32,000 nucleotides of DNA, from assembly GCF_018860975.1 (NCBI RefSeq), contig NZ_JAHKQI010000008.1:132626-164625 (forward strand), in the 5' to 3' direction. How positions within the stretch are numbered: the stretch's first letter is position 1; each line of letters opens with the position of its first letter. Under the pieces are notes generated by a model, which saw nothing but the letters and a program-made list of their open reading frames with translations, had not been told where the DNA came from and searched no databases. The translations under genes were made by a program, and so were the position numbers. Of this stretch, positions 30,570-32,000 are shown piece after piece. The DNA is from Lentibacter algarum (GTDB lineage: Bacteria > Pseudomonadota > Alphaproteobacteria > Rhodobacterales > Rhodobacteraceae).

Positions 30570-31727
30570 TCAAGCGAGCTTGGTGCGCCTGAGGCCGATG
30601 AGCGTGATGGCGAGTAGCAGTATCAACCCAAGGCCTCCCAGTGCGGGCAAGTCAAATGCGAGCTGCTTGATGGGGGCAGAGAAAACGACTGTCAGCAGGC
30701 CAAATCCGGTCGCCAAAAGCGTGGCAAATGTGAGCAGGGTTTTCTCAAGGGGGGTGAGCGTAAGATCTGGCCAGACAAGTGCAAGGGCAGGGGCCAGCAG
30801 GCAGAGATCATAGTCATATGCATATGGGCTGAGCGCAGCGCCAGAGATCATCCCGAGGGCGAGGACGTGCTCAAGCTGCCAGCGCCGCAGCGCCGCATAG
30901 GCAACAGCCCCTAGCGAAGCGAGTGCACATGCAAAGTGAAGCGTAAGAGCGGCACCGCTTGTAAGGCCGAGCGAGGCGAGCAAGGCAAAGGGGGTGCTCA
31001 TGCGCACAAGCTTGTATTGTCCGGCTTGCAACAGCGTGTTCGACTGCTCGACACTGGCCTGAAGAGCGCGCCAGATGTCAGGGCCATAGACCAGCGTGAC
31101 CAGCAGCAAAGAGACCGCGAGCGTCAGGCAGGCAACGGCCACCATACGAAAACCCCCGCGCAGCAAAGCCGCCAGTCCGAGGCCCAGCCCGAGGTGTGGT
31201 TTGTAAGCGAGAAGCCCGAGCGTGACGCCCGCCGAAGTGCTCTGCCGGGCAAGCGCAAAACGCGCGAACAAGGCCATCATCCCCGCAGTGAGAAAGCCGT
31301 TTTGCCCCGTGAGCAAGTTGATAACGATCGCAGGTAAAACCAGCATTAAAGCCATGCGTCCGGACGAAAACCGAAGCACTGACCAGACGAAAAACGCAAG
31401 GCTTAAGCCGCTAAACAGCAAATACCCCAGCCAGACAGGAAACAGCGCCATGAGCTGTGTCAGCAAATTGAACTGCGGTGGATATGTCCATGTCATAAAC
31501 ACATCAGACCCGGTGCGTTCAAGTTGATGCGCCTTGAAAGCCTCCGCGTCATAGGCAAGCGCAGCACGGCCCTCGTTGGCAAGTTCGCCAACTTGGTGAA
31601 AGATCATGTAGTCAGCCGAGACAGCGTCAACACCGAGCGCGTCGGGTGCGCCGATGCGCAGAGCGGTAAGCCCCATGAGACCAACCAGAAGCAACAGAAT
31701 TACTTTGAAGGTGCTGCTTGAAACCAT
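30570..31727 (-). CDS. Polytopic membrane protein, GT87/DUF2029-like glycosyltransferase (tentative)
   Basis: 385 aa with more than 10 hydrophobic helices. An N-terminal loop with ...DYMIFHQ...AALAYD...WTYPPQFNLL... resembles the DUF2029 pattern (D..y...lY...f.YPP). Confidence 0.45.
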   Translation of the reverse strand: MVSSSTFKVILLLLVGLMGLTALRIGAPDALGVDAVSADYMIFHQVGELANEGRAALAYDAEAFKAHQLERTGSDVFMTWTYPPQFNLLTQLMALFPVWLGYLLFSGLSLAFFVWSVLRFSSGRMALMLVLPAIVINLLTGQNGFLTAGMMALFARFALARQSTSAGVTLGLLAYKPHLGLGLGLAALLRGGFRMVAVACLTLAVSLLLVTLVYGPDIWRALQASVEQSNTLLQAGQYKLVRMSTPFALLASLGLTSGAALTLHFACALASLGAVAYAALRRWQLEHVLALGMISGAALSPYAYDYDLCLLAPALALVWPDLTLTPLEKTLLTFATLLATGFGLLTVVFSAPIKQLAFDLPALGGLGLILLLAITLIGLRRTKLA

Positions 31728-31732
31728 CGTGC

Positions 31733-32000
31733 CTAGCCGCGCCGCCTGCGCCTGCGCCCGCCGCCGCTCTCACCGTCACCGCCGGTGTTGAAGCTGACAT
31801 CAGGCAGGCTAACGACGCTGGCCAGAATGGGAAACGGCTCGGCAGAATTGGGGATCGCCGAAGCATTGACGAAATGCTCCTGAAAGCGTGGCTCGACTGC
31901 GGTTTCAACCTTCAGGATGTTGCGCACCGTGGCTTCGATCTCGCCACGCGCCTCAACGTTGAGCAGGGCGATGCGCGCGCCTGTGCCCGCCGCGTTGCCA
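31733..32000 (-). CDS. 3' end of a DUF4445/ASKHA-type (corrinoid-activation-like) protein gene, truncated by the window edge
   Basis: The frame stays open to position 32000. The translation ...GNAAGTGARIALLNVEARGEIEATVRNILKVETAVEPRFQEHFVNASAIP... matches the C-terminal pattern I recall for DUF4445 proteins. It ends in an unusual GGDGESGGGRRRRRRG tail 5 nt before the next gene. Confidence 0.45.
   Translation of the reverse strand, partial: GNAAGTGARIALLNVEARGEIEATVRNILKVETAVEPRFQEHFVNASAIPNSAEPFPILASVVSLPDVSFNTGGDGESGGGRRRRRRG

Noticed and set aside
31733-31783. Poly-Arg C-terminal tail (GGDGESGGGRRRRRRG) on the truncated DUF4445-like ORF
   Set aside because: It could simply be a GC-rich low-complexity extension before the stop. 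The gene is truncated by the window, so the context cannot be judged.
1-32000. Search for CRISPR arrays, rRNA genes, IS elements/transposases and toxin-antitoxin pairs
   Set aside because: I saw no regularly spaced 25-40 bp repeats, no rRNA-like conserved blocks, no DDE/transposase-like translations and no terminal inverted repeats. The only mobile signatures are the two tyrosine-integrase elements.

Overview
High-GC chromosomal window, alphaproteobacterial in style, made of four blocks. (1) 1-1390: the right-hand end of an integrated element, with a P4-type tyrosine integrase and an orphan tRNA 3' fragment ending in CCA at 1390. (2) 1986-13632: a reductive pyrimidine-catabolism locus. It holds PreT/PreA dihydropyrimidine dehydrogenase, an EamA transporter, two tandem RutR-like TetR regulators with RutR-box-like palindromes, an M20 carbamoyl-amino-acid amidohydrolase, an AT-richer PH-domain gene, dihydropyrimidinase and a 4-gene NitT/TauT-type ABC importer. 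(3) 13698-28066: a ~14.3 kb element integrated into the 3' end of tRNA-Asn(GTT), bounded by a perfect 49-50 bp direct repeat. It encodes a divergent integrase, an AlpA-type excisionase/regulator, a prim-pol/SF3-helicase replicase, an adjacent TGACA iteron field, a UDG-superfamily-like protein and five overlapping small unknown genes. It also carries a packaging module (TerS-like, Zn-ribbon, and a TerL split into separate ATPase and nuclease ORFs) but no recognisable capsid, portal, tail or lysis genes. Its tRNA-proximal end holds an AT-richer cargo islet: an AIPR-like protein plus an unannotated 44-aa membrane peptide, a C5 cytosine methyltransferase plus a GIY-YIG nuclease, and a protein of unknown fold ending in an SSB-like ...DDDVPF tail. 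I consider this cargo islet, on a terminase-only satellite-like element, the best candidate for an undescribed defence or hijacking system. (4) 28172-32000: an MBL-fold hydrolase, a histidine kinase with no adjacent response regulator, tRNA-Gly(CCC), a GT87/DUF2029-like membrane protein and the 3' end of a DUF4445/ASKHA-type gene. I saw no CRISPR array, rRNA or transposase. All functional calls come from reading motifs in the supplied translations; no database search was run.
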